DNA of 64,000 nt from Hyaloraphidium curvatum SAG 235-1 (Eukaryota; Fungi; Monoblepharomycota). Location: NCBI GenBank assembly GCA_025558095.1, contig JAIVFI010000029.1:186001-250000 (forward strand), in the 5' to 3' direction. Every line of letters begins with the position of its first letter. The stretch's first letter is position 1. A program made the position numbers and the translations under genes. This document shows, piece after piece, positions 35,795-47,125 of the stretch. The notes beneath the pieces are model-generated. The model was not told the origin of the DNA, ran no database searches, and saw only the letters and a program-made list of their open reading frames with translations.

Positions 35795-35928
35795 CGCCGC
35801 CGCGGAGCGCCAATCGATGCGCGCGGGCTGCCCGGCTCCGAAGACCCGAGTCGCGGGCACAGGGGGCGCGCGCCTATCTCCACCCAATCTCCACCCGCGG
35901 GATCGTCACCGCCCGCCGCGCTCGCACA

Positions 35929-38227
35929 ATGCAGTGCCACGTCTGCGGAACCACGTTTTCCAGGTCGAATGAGCTGCATCGGCACCTCCGGCAGCAGCAC
36001 TCGACGCCGCAGTCCCACTGCGGGTCGTGCGGGGCCGCCTTTGCGTGGGTCGCCCGCCGCCGTCTTCGAGGAGCTCCCGGGCTGACTGCCCCGCAGCCGC
36101 AAGGACGCGCTGCTGCGCCACGAACGCGCCAAGCCGAATTCGTGCGCGCGCTGGGAGGCGCGCAGGGCCGCCGGGAACGGGGCGCCGACCCGCCGCGGCC
36201 CGGCCAGCCCGCCGACGTCGCCGTCGCCGCCGTCGCCAGCGTCAAAGCACCCGACGCCGCCGCTGTCGCAGGACGGCAGCATGGTTGGCGACGGGGGCCC
36301 GGACTACCTGCTCGGGGGCGCCGCCGGCGAGAGCCACGGGCCGCCCCGTGTGCCGCCCGCAGCGGACCTCGCGGAGCTGCTCGACGGCTACTCGTCGTGC
36401 ATGTGGGTCCTCACTGCGGTCCACCACATGCCCACGCTCAAGAGCCGTCTGATGCGGCTGGCCGAGGCGACGAACCAAGCACCGGAGGACTATGCGGCGC
36501 TGAACTTGTGCCCGCACTTGGTCCGGGCCGTCCTTTGGGGCGCATACATCGTGTTCGACAGGAAGCAAGAGGCAAAAGTTTGGGGAGACGCGTGTCGGGA
36601 GGGACTGCTGAATTGGGCAACGTGGTTGGGCCTGTTCGACGATCCGGCAACAATCAAGGCACCTTCGGCCGAGCTCTTCAGCTTTGTCAAGGCAGGCGTC
36701 ATTACGTTGACGCCTCACTACCTCTCGGACCTGGCGGAAGAGGGTGTGAAGCTCATGGGGCTTTTGATTGCTGCCCACCGACTGGCACGGTTCGGTTCGG
36801 AAGCGAAGGACGTGGTCTACCTTGCCAAAGGGGATGCAGGGACGGGGAGCGGCAAACCGGGTGCTTCTGGACAGCAACGATTTTCCACGCAACCCTGCCT
36901 CATTGTCGCGCGAGATGCCTTGGACCTTGCTGCATGGATCGATGCCGAGGAACGTGCGCGAGCCTCCTGCCAGCTCCTCGCCTTTGCGCAGATGACGTCG
37001 TACCTGCAAGGCATCCCTTGTCCTGTGCACTCGGGAGGGTACGAAACTTCCCGTGGATTCGTCCCGGGCTTCTACAATGCGGCGCCACTCCCGTGCCCCG
37101 ACCTCCTATTCCGAGCCCTCCCGCCGGCACCCGAATCTGAGGACGATGTGCTTGCGTGGTACCAGATGGCGCCTTCCTTGCTCACGGCGCACGTGCCGCT
37201 GTCTTACGGTGATGCCGTCTCGTGGCCAGACCTGCCCGCGGGCAGCCCGCAGCGCAAACGGCTCGTCAAGCTCTTGTTTGGAAACTACTTCCAGAACGGC
37301 TTCTCCCGCAACTGGGTCGTGTTTGCGGGATCCGCACTTGCGCGCGTGGTGGCGTACAGGGATTTCGTCAAGGTGCGCGAATGGCGGCTCGATGACCCGT
37401 TGCCCGGGGGTTCCCCAGACAAAGTGCGGGCACGGGAAATGTACCAGAGCCTGTTGCTCCAGATCAACGAGTTTTTCTCGGGCCTGCCCGAAGAGATTCA
37501 GGCGGCCAATTCGGCAGGCAGCGGGCTCGCGATGCGGGCAATGGCAATTGAGCATTGGGGCCAGGACTACTTTTTCGGGATCTGCACGTCGCTGGTGCAA
37601 TGGCACGGCTTGGCGGTCACGCTCCACTCGCCTCGTGACTGGCTCACTGCGTTTGCATCCTTTCCGTCGACCGACGACGCGGAATGGATGAAGTCGCGAT
37701 CGTTCATGGTGGCACTTTCCCACGCCCTCGTCTCGGCGCGGATCGTCAGCAGCGCGCTCTCCGGCCTCCTCCGACAAACCGACGCGGCTTCACCGGAAAA
37801 CCCGCCCCCTTTTCCTCCCGAAAACGACGGCAACCTCCTCGGCTGGAACGGCTGCGCAAGCTTGCGCAACCCCCTCTGGCCCGGCGCCGTCCTCCGCATT
37901 GCCCTCCCCAATGTCTACTGCCTCCGCCTCCTCCAAACGATATCGATCGACCAAACTCTCTGGACCCCCGATGCGAACCTGCTGCGCGGGGTCGCAAGGG
38001 AGCTTCTTTCGCCGGACGTGGTGTCGAGGGTGCTCGAAAACATAAAGGACTGCATCGAGTCGATCGCCATGTCGCAGAGGGGTTTTTTGGACTCGTATTC
38101 GCATCTGGCGCAGACGATTGTGCTCAAGGTGCTTGGAGGGGTTGATGTGACCCGGCATGAGTCGGAGATGGTCAGGTTGCTCAGGAGGGACAAACCCGGT
38201 GGCGTGATTGGAGGTGGATTGGCATAG
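35929..38227 (+). CDS. C2H2 zinc-finger transcription factor (2 fingers plus a large C-terminal domain); intron at about 36045-36096
   Basis: CHVCGTTFSRSNELHRHLRQQH and CGSCGAAFA/RKDALLRH. The spliced frame runs into the 648-aa ORF at 36281. Confidence 0.8.
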
Positions 38228-39301
38228 AGAGCTAGCTTCTCGTTAGTGCATGCGCAACGTCTGGATATTGTGAGCCTGAGCCGCTTCGATGAGCGAGCTG
38301 CCGCTGCCGGAGCAAAGACGACCTCGTCCTCACCCCACTTGGCACCGTGGCGCTTCTTCAGCTCGGTCCAAAAGGTCTTTTCGTCTTCCGTCGTGGTCAT
38401 TGCGTCGACGATCGTGCCGCGAGGCTCCTATCATCTGAGCAGCCAAAGGCACCTAACACGCCTTGGATCGCACCTTGAATCACACGGGATGGACAGTTTG
38501 ATCACAGCGTGTGCCACGGAATTGGCATTGGCAAGGGAAACCGATCTGATTCAACCGGACACAAGGTGCTTTCATCCCACCCCTGCTGCCCGCTGCCCGC
38601 TGTCTTCGTGCCGGCGGGCACCGAGGAGGTCCCCCCGCTCGTGTTCGCGCCCTTCGACCGGTCCTCGCCGTCATCCAATCCACGTCCTGGCGGCTCCTCG
38701 GCGTCCCCGCTCGCGCGTTGGGTGCGGCCCATCCTTGTCCGCCGCCTCGGTCTCCACCGCCCAGCCGCCCGCCCACCCCCGCTCAGCCGCGCGGGCGCCG
38801 TCCAACTTGCCGCCCTCCATCGTGCCTGCGCCGCCGCCGATTATCTGGCCCCGCCGCAGAAGATGGGAGGGGCGGGGTGGGCTACCGCCGGGTGCCGCCC
38901 ACCTCCGCCCCCCTCCCGGCACGCCGCCCGCGCCCGCCCGCCCCCGCACAGCCGCGCCGCCACGCGTCCTCCGAGCCACGTCGGGGGGTCTGCGGGCCTC
39001 GGACGCGGTCGCCGGGGCGGTTCCGCGCGTCGGGGTTTTGGGCGCCGCTCCACCCTGGCGCCCGCCGGACCACCCGCCCGCGCCATCTCAATGGGCAGTG
39101 GCTATTTTTCGATTCTGACACCACTTTTGGCGTGGAACCCACCTCTTCCGATGTCGCTGGCGGGTCGTCCGGCCCGATCCGGTCCCCCCCGGCCGAGCAT
39201 TGCACGGTGCACGCCACACGCACGCTGCTACTCGACGTTGACGAACTAACCCTAATGAACTACACACGGAGTGCCGATCTTTCGCTCTCGCGCCTTGCCA
39301 A

Positions 39302-41045
39302 TCACGCTGCGCTCCTGTCAAACACCACCTTGCCCTCGAACGTCGCCATCTCGACCACCGTCTTGGAAATGTCCATGGGATCGATGGCGAAGATGTCCCG
39401 GTCAAGGACGGCCATGTCGGCGCTCTTGCCAACTTCGAGCGAGCCGCACTGTGCTGCCTTGTTGAGCACCGCCGCGCCACCGCTCGTGAAGATCATCAGC
39501 GCCTCGGTAACCGAGACTCCTTCGTCGTTAAGCAAGCTTTCGGCCGTTTCGCCGTAAGGGTTCTGCCGGGTGACCATGGTGCCCAAGCCGATCCACGGGT
39601 TGATCGATGGCGACGCCGACGGCCAGTCGGATCCGGCAGCGACCAGGATCCCTTCTTGGAGGAAAGAACGGATAGTGTAGTAGGTTTTCATCCTCTCCCG
39701 ACCGATGCAACCGTTCAGCTCGTCCGTCCCGGGCGAGTTGAACCACAGGTACGGAGAAACTTCAGCCACCACGTTGAGCTTCTTGAACCGGAGGCGGTCC
39801 GATTCCGTCACAAACATGGTGTGACCGACCTCGTGAAGCGGTCCGGACCCGCCATTGGCGACGCGGGCGGCTTCGTAGGCGTCGAGACTGGCCCGAACGG
39901 CGCCGTCACCGATCGAGTGGACTTTGACGGTAAAGCCGCGGCGATCGAGCTCGATGAGGTCCTGATTAAGGATCTGTGGAGAAGGTTTCAGAATCGTAGA
40001 CGTGCGATTCATCGATGCGTTTGAAGCCTACCGCGGGAGCACACAGTAGCGAGCCGCGGTGATCCTGGGCAAACTTGCCCGAGTTGCCAAGGTATGGGTC
40101 GACAAAGCAAGACGTGCGCGACTCGCACATCGGCACTCCGTCAATGTACATCTTGACGTTGCTGGTATCAACATGAGGTGCCGTGTAGTCGGTCCGCCAC
40201 TTCTCAATCCTGACGTAATCAAGAGGCTTGTCGCGATGACCAAACGGGGTTCCAAAGCACGCAGACACGTGAAGTGTCAGGTCGCCAGCGCGATCAGCGT
40301 CCCGAAAGGCGCGGACAATGTCGTCCGAGACGTCGGCGTCCTTGATGCCCGTGATGCCGAACGAGTTGGCCAGCTTGCACACCTCGCGGACCGCCTGATC
40401 GTATTGCTGCGCCGACCAATCGGGCCACTTCCGCCTGCTCATCATGTCTGACTCCCCAAGAAGAATGCCCGTGAGCTCGCCCGTGGTCTCGTCCTTGACG
40501 TTCTGACCGCCGTTGGGCACGGGCGAGTCCTTGGTGATTCCAAGAAAAGAAAGGGCCTTGCTGTTTGCCCACGCGCCGTGACCAGAAGCTTCGCGAATGT
40601 AGACTGTTTTGTCCTTGGAGTGTTTATCGAGCCATTCGCGCGGGGTGGGCTCGAGCACGTCGGCGTATTGGTGCAGAAATGAGTGGGCGTAGCGGCCGCC
40701 CATGACGAACTCAGCGTCCGGGTTCTTGTCAATGAATTCGCCGAGTTTTTCGGCAATCGTTTCGGGCGAGTCGGAAAAGCCGAGCTTGACGGCAAAGAGG
40801 GACGCCGCGACGCCGCGGACGGGGTGGCAGTGGGCATCGATGAGTCCCGGCACGCATCTGCGACCCTGCAGGTCGACGACCTTGGTTGCCGAGGATTTGT
40901 TCTTGAGAAGCTCTTCGGAGGTGCCAAGAGCTGCGACTTTGCCGTCTTTGACAGCCAAAGCCTGCACATCGCCGGTCGCCTGCGCCGAGACGCGGATGGC
41001 GCCGTTGATAAAGATGGTGTCGTACTCGGGCGCCAAAGATGCCAT
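39302..41045 (-). CDS. Amidohydrolase_3 (YtcJ-like) metal-dependent hydrolase; intron 39974-40031
   Basis: VVDLQGRRCVPGLIDAHCH, GHGAWANSKAL, GELTGIL, VKMYIDGV, KVHSIGDGAV, AAGSDWP and GSLEVGKSADMAVLDRDIF. Confidence 0.92.
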
Positions 41046-41267
41046 GCCGACCGAGGACCAAAGTCGATGAGGAGACAGATCGACTGAACGGGACGAATCT
41101 ACAGCGGCGCGTGGCTGGGGCAATCATTTCGGCAGCCGTGTGTGTGGCTCCAGAGCCTTGCAGCTGTGGCTGTGTGTGGCTCCAGCGGTCCCGCAAAAGC
41201 CGAACCCTATCGCGAGCGACGCCAATCGCTTCCGCGCACCAGTATTCTGTTCTGCGCAAACACCAAC

Positions 41268-41861
41268 ATGGTCGTTGGCTACGCCTGCATCGGCACAAAC
41301 GACCTGGCCAAGGCCAAGGCCTTTTACGAAGAGCTCATGGAGCCCCTGGGCATCAAGAACTTCATGGACACGGCTCGTGGCCATATGTTCCAGGGGGACC
41401 AAGGCGTGGGGCTCCTCGTCACCCTTCCGCTTGATGAACAGCCTTGCCACCCCGGAAACGGCATGAGTGGGGACATACTGCGCTGGTTTCGCATGCAACC
41501 CCATGCTGACGTACTTGCTGCCTCCTTGTCTCCCTCGTTCTCCGCCACTCAATACAATGGGAAATATCAGCTACTGGGTTCATCTGCCCTAGCCGCAAGA
41601 TCTGCGACCAAATCTTTGCCAAGGCGCTCTCAATGGGCTGCAAAGACGAAGGCACGATGGGTCTCCGTGGCCCCGATGGCCCAAACGCTCTCTACATCGG
41701 GTGAGGTCACGATAACAAGCAATGCACTCTTATTAGGGTGTTGTCTAGTTCGTGTTTGCGGTCGCTGACCCGCGGTTTCCTTTCCTCGATCGATCAGCTA
41801 CGTCCGCGAGCCCGAAGGCAACAAGCTCGCTTTTTACAGGATCGGCGGACCTGACGAGTAG
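41268..41861 (+). CDS. VOC/glyoxalase-bleomycin resistance family protein (3 exons)
   Basis: Spliced MVVGYACIGTNDLAKAKAFYEELMEPLG...LPLDEQPCHPGNGM/TTGFICPSRKICDQIFAKALSMGCKDEGTMGLRGPDGPNALYIG/YVREPEGNKLAFYRIGGPDE*. Confidence 0.85.
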
Positions 41862-42152
41862 GGTGGCACCGCCTTTATCCATCAGCGAAATACACTCCGT
41901 CTCCATTCGCTTATTGATTCGTTCAGATCTCCGGCAAGTGCCCCGTGGTGTGGCAGCAAGCACTTCGTAAGCTTGCACCTACGCCAATCCACTTCTTGGC
42001 GATGCTCGAAAGCTCCAGAACCGGCTCCGAAGACCCGAGTCGCGGTGAAAGAGAGGTTATGCACCCTATCTGTGACTGAGGGTCGAGTCGCCGAGTCGCA
42101 CTGCGGGGGATCGGACATACTCTTCAGCACGCAAGGCGATTCCGGTCACCCG

Positions 42153-44963
42153 ATGGAGCGCGTCTCCTTGGCCAGCGGCTCGCCGCACGCGTCGCCGTGG
42201 CGCGTCAGCCTGGCCGCCGAGGCGAATCCCCCCGGGTACCCGCCGCCGCCGGCCGTGCCGCCCGACATCTCGCTGGCGGACGTCCCCGTCGCGGTGCCCG
42301 GCGACGTGCACTCGGCGCTCCTGGCCGCCAAGCTGATCCCGGACCCGTTCTGGGACCGCAACGAGCTCGCCGTGCAGTGGGTCGGAGGAAGGGAGTGGGC
42401 CTTCGAGACCGAGTTCGACGTGGGTCTCCCGACGCGGGCCGCCCGGGACGCGTCGTTCGTTCCGGCGGCACCAGAGACGCGTTCCAACCCAGTATTCCCC
42501 TCCTTACAGGCCTCGTCGCTCGCCGGCTGCGCGTTCGTCGACCTCTGCCTCGACAAGGTCGACACCTTCTCCACCATCTCCGTCAACGGCCACGTCGTCG
42601 GCACCACCTCGTCCGCCTTCCTCTCGTACCGCTTCCCGCTGCGCCCCTCCCTCCTCTCCTTTGCACCGGGCGCGCGCAACGCCCTCAGGATCCACCTCCG
42701 CTCCGCCGAGCGCGAGGCCGCGCACCTCGCCTCCGGACTGGAGTTTCCCCTCCCCACGCAGATGGGCAACGGGACCATCAAGGAGCACTGGAACCTCGTC
42801 CGAAAACCGGCGTGCCATGCGGGGTGGGACTGGGGGATCGCGCTGATGGTCTGCGGGGTGCTCGGCGACGTTGTGCTGGTCGGGTCGGACGGCAGGGGGG
42901 AGGTGGAGAGCGTGGTGGCGAGGCAGCGGTGGGAGGGCAAGGGGGCGGATGTGGACCTGGGGAGGGTGGAGCTGGACGTGGAGGTGCATGCGCTGTCGAG
43001 GACGGGGATGGAGGGCGGGAAGCTCCGGCTGGAGCTGCGGCCGCACGCCGCGTCGGGGCCCGACGAGGAGGCGGTCGTGGTCGAGGCGGACGACGTCTCT
43101 CTGCCGCGCGGCTCGGGGGTCATCGCGGCCACGATGGCAGTTGAAAAGCCCCGGCTCTGGTGGCCCAACGGATTGGGGGCACAGCACCTCTACCAGCTCA
43201 CGGCGACGCTCTATGGCGCGGATGGACACGAGCTCTCCTCGCAATCCACCTCGCTGGGCCTGCGCTCGCTCGAGGTGGTCAACGAGCGCGACGCCCTGGG
43301 CGCCTCGCTCTTTTTCCGCGTCAACGGCGTCGACGTCTTTTGCAAGGGGGCCAACTGGATACCCTGCAGCCCGCTACCGTCGCTCATGACCAAGGAGCGC
43401 TACGACCTGTTCCTCAAAGGCGCGGCCAAGGCCAACATGAACATGATACGGCTCTGGGGCGGCGGCATGTACGAAAACCCGCCCTTCTACGACGCCTGCG
43501 ACCGCCTCGGGCTCATGGTCTGGCACGACCTCCCCTTTTCGTGCTCGACCTACCCGTCGAGCGACGACTTTGTCGCGCTGGTGGTCCCGGAGCTGCGGCA
43601 GAACCTGCGGCGGCTCTCGTCGCGCGCGTGCGTCGCGCTGTGGTGCGGGGACAACGAGTGCGTCGGCGCGCTCACCTGGTTCGACGAGACCAAGGCACAC
43701 CGGGACCTGTACGTGACCAACTACGACCGGCTGAACCGGAAGGTGGCGGACGTTGTGCGCGAGGAGTGGGTGCCCTTCTTCTGGCCCAGCAGCCCCTGCG
43801 GCGGCCCGTCCATGGCCGACGTCTGGCGGGACAACTGGCACGCGGACGGCTTCGGCGACATGCACTTTTGGAGCGTTTGGCACGAGCAGGCGCCCTTTTC
43901 CGCCTTCCTGGGCGTGCACCCGCGCTTCTGTTCCGAGTTTGGTTTCCAAAGCATACCCAGCCTCGACACCATCGCCGCCTTCTGCCCGCCCGGGGAGGAG
44001 AACCCGTACTCGCCGAGCATGGAGTTCCACCAGAAGAACGAGGGCGGCAACGGGCGCATCATGGGCACCATGGAGCGGTACTTCCGCTTCCCCGAGGGAG
44101 GCATCCGCACCGTCGTGTACCTGTCGCAGCTGCAGCAGGCCGTGGCGATCAAGACCGCCGTGGAGTACTGGCGCACGCTGCGGCCGGCGTGCATGGGGAC
44201 GGTCTACTGGCAGCTCAACGATATGTGGCCCGTGTGTTCGTGGTCCTCGGTCGAGTGGGACGGGCGGTGGAAGATGCTGCACTACTTTGCACGGTCGTTC
44301 TATGGCGACGCGGTGGTGGTCGCGCTGCCCGGGCACGCGACCAAGCGGCGGCGAGACGACGAGAAGCGCACGGATTCGAGGCGGGGAGAGGAGACGGTCG
44401 AGGTGTGGGTCGTCAACGACAGGGTGCAGCCCATCTCGGTGTCGATCAACGTGGAGCTGTGGGACCTCCGCGCGGGCAGGCTCGTGAGCACGTCGACGCT
44501 GGCGCGGACTGTGCCGAAGCTGGGGTCGGAGATGCTGGCCTCGTACCTCTTTTCGGACTTTTGCGGGACGGAGGAGCACCGGCAGACCCGGTTCCTCAAC
44601 TTGGAAATGACTTATTCGGACGCTTCGGGCGTCGTTGTGAACTCGGGCCATCGGCAGGCCTCGACCTATTTCTTCTTTGTCCCGTACAAGCACCTCTCGC
44701 TGCCAAAGAGCGGGCCCGTGGTGCCCCAGATCACGACCGGGGAAGGCTCCACCTTCCACGTCAAGATCACCTCGCCCGTGATCCTCGTGCACCTCTACTT
44801 GGCGGTGGAAGGCGCCGACGGCGAGTTCGAGGGCGCGAACGGCGACCGCATGGTCTTCCCGGGCAGGGAGACCTGCCTCAAGTTCGTGCCCAGGCGACGG
44901 CTGAGCCTCGACGAGTTCCGGGAGCGGCTCAAGGTATCGCATCTGCGAGACACGTTCGCATAG
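42153..44963 (+). CDS. Beta-mannosidase, GH2; probable in-frame intron at about 42420-42509
   Basis: VPGDVHSAL, RKPACHAGWDWG, LWWPNGLG, KGANWIP, NMNMIRLWGGG, acid/base WCGDNE, nucleophile RFCSEFGFQS and YWQLNDMWP. No signal peptide. Confidence 0.95.
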   Translation: MERVSLASGSPHASPWRVSLAAEANPPGYPPPPAVPPDISLADVPVAVPGDVHSALLAAKLIPDPFWDRNELAVQWVGGREWAFETEFDVGLPTRAARDASFVPAAPETRSNPVFPSLQASSLAGCAFVDLCLDKVDTFSTISVNGHVVGTTSSAFLSYRFPLRPSLLSFAPGARNALRIHLRSAEREAAHLASGLEFPLPTQMGNGTIKEHWNLVRKPACHAGWDWGIALMVCGVLGDVVLVGSDGRGEVESVVARQRWEGKGADVDLGRVELDVEVHALSRTGMEGGKLRLELRPHAASGPDEEAVVVEADDVSLPRGSGVIAATMAVEKPRLWWPNGLGAQHLYQLTATLYGADGHELSSQSTSLGLRSLEVVNERDALGASLFFRVNGVDVFCKGANWIPCSPLPSLMTKERYDLFLKGAAKANMNMIRLWGGGMYENPPFYDACDRLGLMVWHDLPFSCSTYPSSDDFVALVVPELRQNLRRLSSRACVALWCGDNECVGALTWFDETKAHRDLYVTNYDRLNRKVADVVREEWVPFFWPSSPCGGPSMADVWRDNWHADGFGDMHFWSVWHEQAPFSAFLGVHPRFCSEFGFQSIPSLDTIAAFCPPGEENPYSPSMEFHQKNEGGNGRIMGTMERYFRFPEGGIRTVVYLSQLQQAVAIKTAVEYWRTLRPACMGTVYWQLNDMWPVCSWSSVEWDGRWKMLHYFARSFYGDAVVVALPGHATKRRRDDEKRTDSRRGEETVEVWVVNDRVQPISVSINVELWDLRAGRLVSTSTLARTVPKLGSEMLASYLFSDFCGTEEHRQTRFLNLEMTYSDASGVVVNSGHRQASTYFFFVPYKHLSLPKSGPVVPQITTGEGSTFHVKITSPVILVHLYLAVEGADGEFEGANGDRMVFPGRETCLKFVPRRRLSLDEFRERLKVSHLRDTFA

Positions 44964-44965
44964 CG

Positions 44966-45558
44966 TCACCCCTCGGCCGAGGCATCCATGGGATCGTCCT
45001 CCGGGGCTGGAGGTTCCCCGGAAACGGCGGCTTCCAGGTCCTGTATCACCTCCTGGAGCTCCTCCTTCACGACGTGGAGCGCCTTGGCGCGCAGCTCGAG
45101 GTCCATCTCCTCGCCGTACAGGTTGGGCAGGAACGGGATCGACGGCTGGTTCGCGACGTGCGGGAGGATGCCCATGGCCAGGACGGCGTCGATGCGGGAG
45201 CGGAGGGTGCCGGAGATGATCTGCGGAGCGCGGTGAGGGGCCATCGCGGGGGCCAGGACGCGTCGCCGGACCTGGAGGAGTTTGTAGTACTCGGACGCGT
45301 TGGAGGTGAAGCTCGAGAGCGCTTCCTCGCCGGTTTCGGACGCGTCCGCGAGCGCGCTGAGGGTTGCCGCCCCGAGATCGAGGACCTTGAGGATCCGCTG
45401 GGGGTTCGTGGAGTGAGCGGAGAACGACGCGTTCTCCGGCGGTAGAGGCCCCGTACGTCCTCAATCCTCTGCAGTTCCTGAAGGAGCTTGGCCGATTGAT
45501 CCGAAACCGGCTTCGCCGGCTCCGATGGCACGGTTTCGGCTTCCGTTTCGGCTTCCAT
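44966..45558 (-). CDS. MED11: Mediator subunit Med11 (3 exons)
   Basis: Spliced ...LLQELQRIED/RILKVLDLGAATLSALAD...FTSNASEYYKLLQ/IISGTLRSRIDAVL...IPFLPNLYGEEMDLELRAKALHVVKEEL. The helical pattern and size match Med11. Confidence 0.72.
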
Positions 45559-45629
45559 GTTTGAGCACCGCGAGATGATGTTCGCACTTACCACTCTCTC
45601 GCGTTCTTCCCCCTCTCTTCCGGAGCTCA

Positions 45630-46987
45630 ATGGCGCACCATCACGGACCGCACGGGGGTCATTCTCATTCTCATTCGCACGGTCATCACGATCACTTGCA
45701 TGGCGGTGGCGTGCCCGGGACCTTGGCGCACGACGGCGCGTGGGAAGAGGGCGACGCGGCCGGGGAAGCCGCCTTTGAGAACGAGGAGGAGCAGCGCCAC
45801 TTTCTCAAGGTGGTGGACGCCTTCAACCACTACAAAGTGAACTCTTTAGCCGCCAACGCCAAGCGGAAACGCGATTGGGAGCAGTCGATCGCCGACCGGC
45901 ACCGCAGCGTCGTCGGACCTTCCTACGGCGAACGGCTGGACCGTATCGACTGTCTCATCGAGCAAAACTACGGCTTCATCCGCCGGATCATAGAGGAGGA
46001 GAGCCCCTTTCCGTTCGACGACGCCAAGAACCAGCATTTGGTGGGCGTGGGAGACGTTCGGGGCGATCCGGTTACGGAGCAGGACATGGACAAGTGCCGC
46101 ACGACGCTCCGCCAGTTTGTCCGCGATTGGAGCGCGGAAGGTGTTGTGGAGCGGGAGACTTCGTACGCGCCCATGATCCAGGCGCTCGAGCGCTACTTCT
46201 CCGACCTGGACGTCGACGAGCGCGGTTCGATCTACGTGCTGGTCCCGGGTGCCGGACTCGGGCGCTTAGCCTACGACGTCGCGAAACGCGGATTCTCTTG
46301 CCAGGGCAACGAGTTTTCGTTCTTCATGCTCTTGGCGTCCAACTTTGTCCTCAACAAGTGTTCCGAGGCCGAGCAGTTTACGATATACCCCTGGATTCAC
46401 TCTTTGTCGAACTGTTTGAAGCCCGAGGATGTACTCCGCGGTGTGTCGGTCCCGGACGTGCTGCCGGGCGACTTGCTGGAGACTGGTGTGTTTTGTACGA
46501 CCCGCTACGCTGTTTGTCTCTGCTCACTCCATACGGCGTTGGGCAGTCGATTTTTCAATGGCCGCGGGCGACTTTGTCGAGGTCTACGGCAGCCCGGCGC
46601 AGGCGGGGAAGTGGGACTGCGTCATGACCTGCTTCTTCCTCGACACCGCAAAGAACGTCGTCGAGTACGTGGAGATCATTAACAAGTGTCTCGTCCAGGG
46701 CGGACTCTGGATCAATTTGGGTGCGTTTCGAGCTTCGCTCCGATCTGCATGCTTCTTAACCCGACCCTGTACATGCAGGCCCGCTCCTTTACCACTTTGA
46801 AGGCATGGTGAACGAGCCCTCGATCGAGTTAAGCTACGAGGACCTCCTGCGGGTGGTGGACGCCTACGGCTTTTCCATCCTCGAGGAGAAGGGCATCGAT
46901 ACGACGTACTCGAACAACCTGCGATCGATGATGACGTTCACGTACCACGCTCGCTTCTTTGTCGCTCGAAAGCAGCCGGGTACCTGA
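45630..46987 (+). CDS. CARNMT1: Carnosine N-methyltransferase (N2227-like), 3 exons
   Basis: DMDKCRTTLRQFVRDWSAEG, VLVPGAGLGRLA, CQGNEFSFFM, FSMAAGDFVEVY, TCFFLDTAKN, GGLWINL/GPLLYHF and SIELS. Confidence 0.94.
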
Positions 46988-47125
46988 ATAGAATGTCGTC
47001 GATTGAGCTGCTCGCCGTCAGCAGCCGTTGACCCAGATTTGAGGGACCTCGGTTGTCGCAGCAGCGGGTCAGCGGGTCCGTCGGCGCTCAGGCGCACCAA
47101 ACAACGTTTTCAAAGCAACCCTCCG

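Noticed and set aside
37915-38400. Minus-strand 161-aa ORF MTTTEDEKTFW...
   Set aside because: Most of it overlaps the transcription-factor CDS antisense, and no consistent spliced model could be built. It is mentioned only within the spacer finding.
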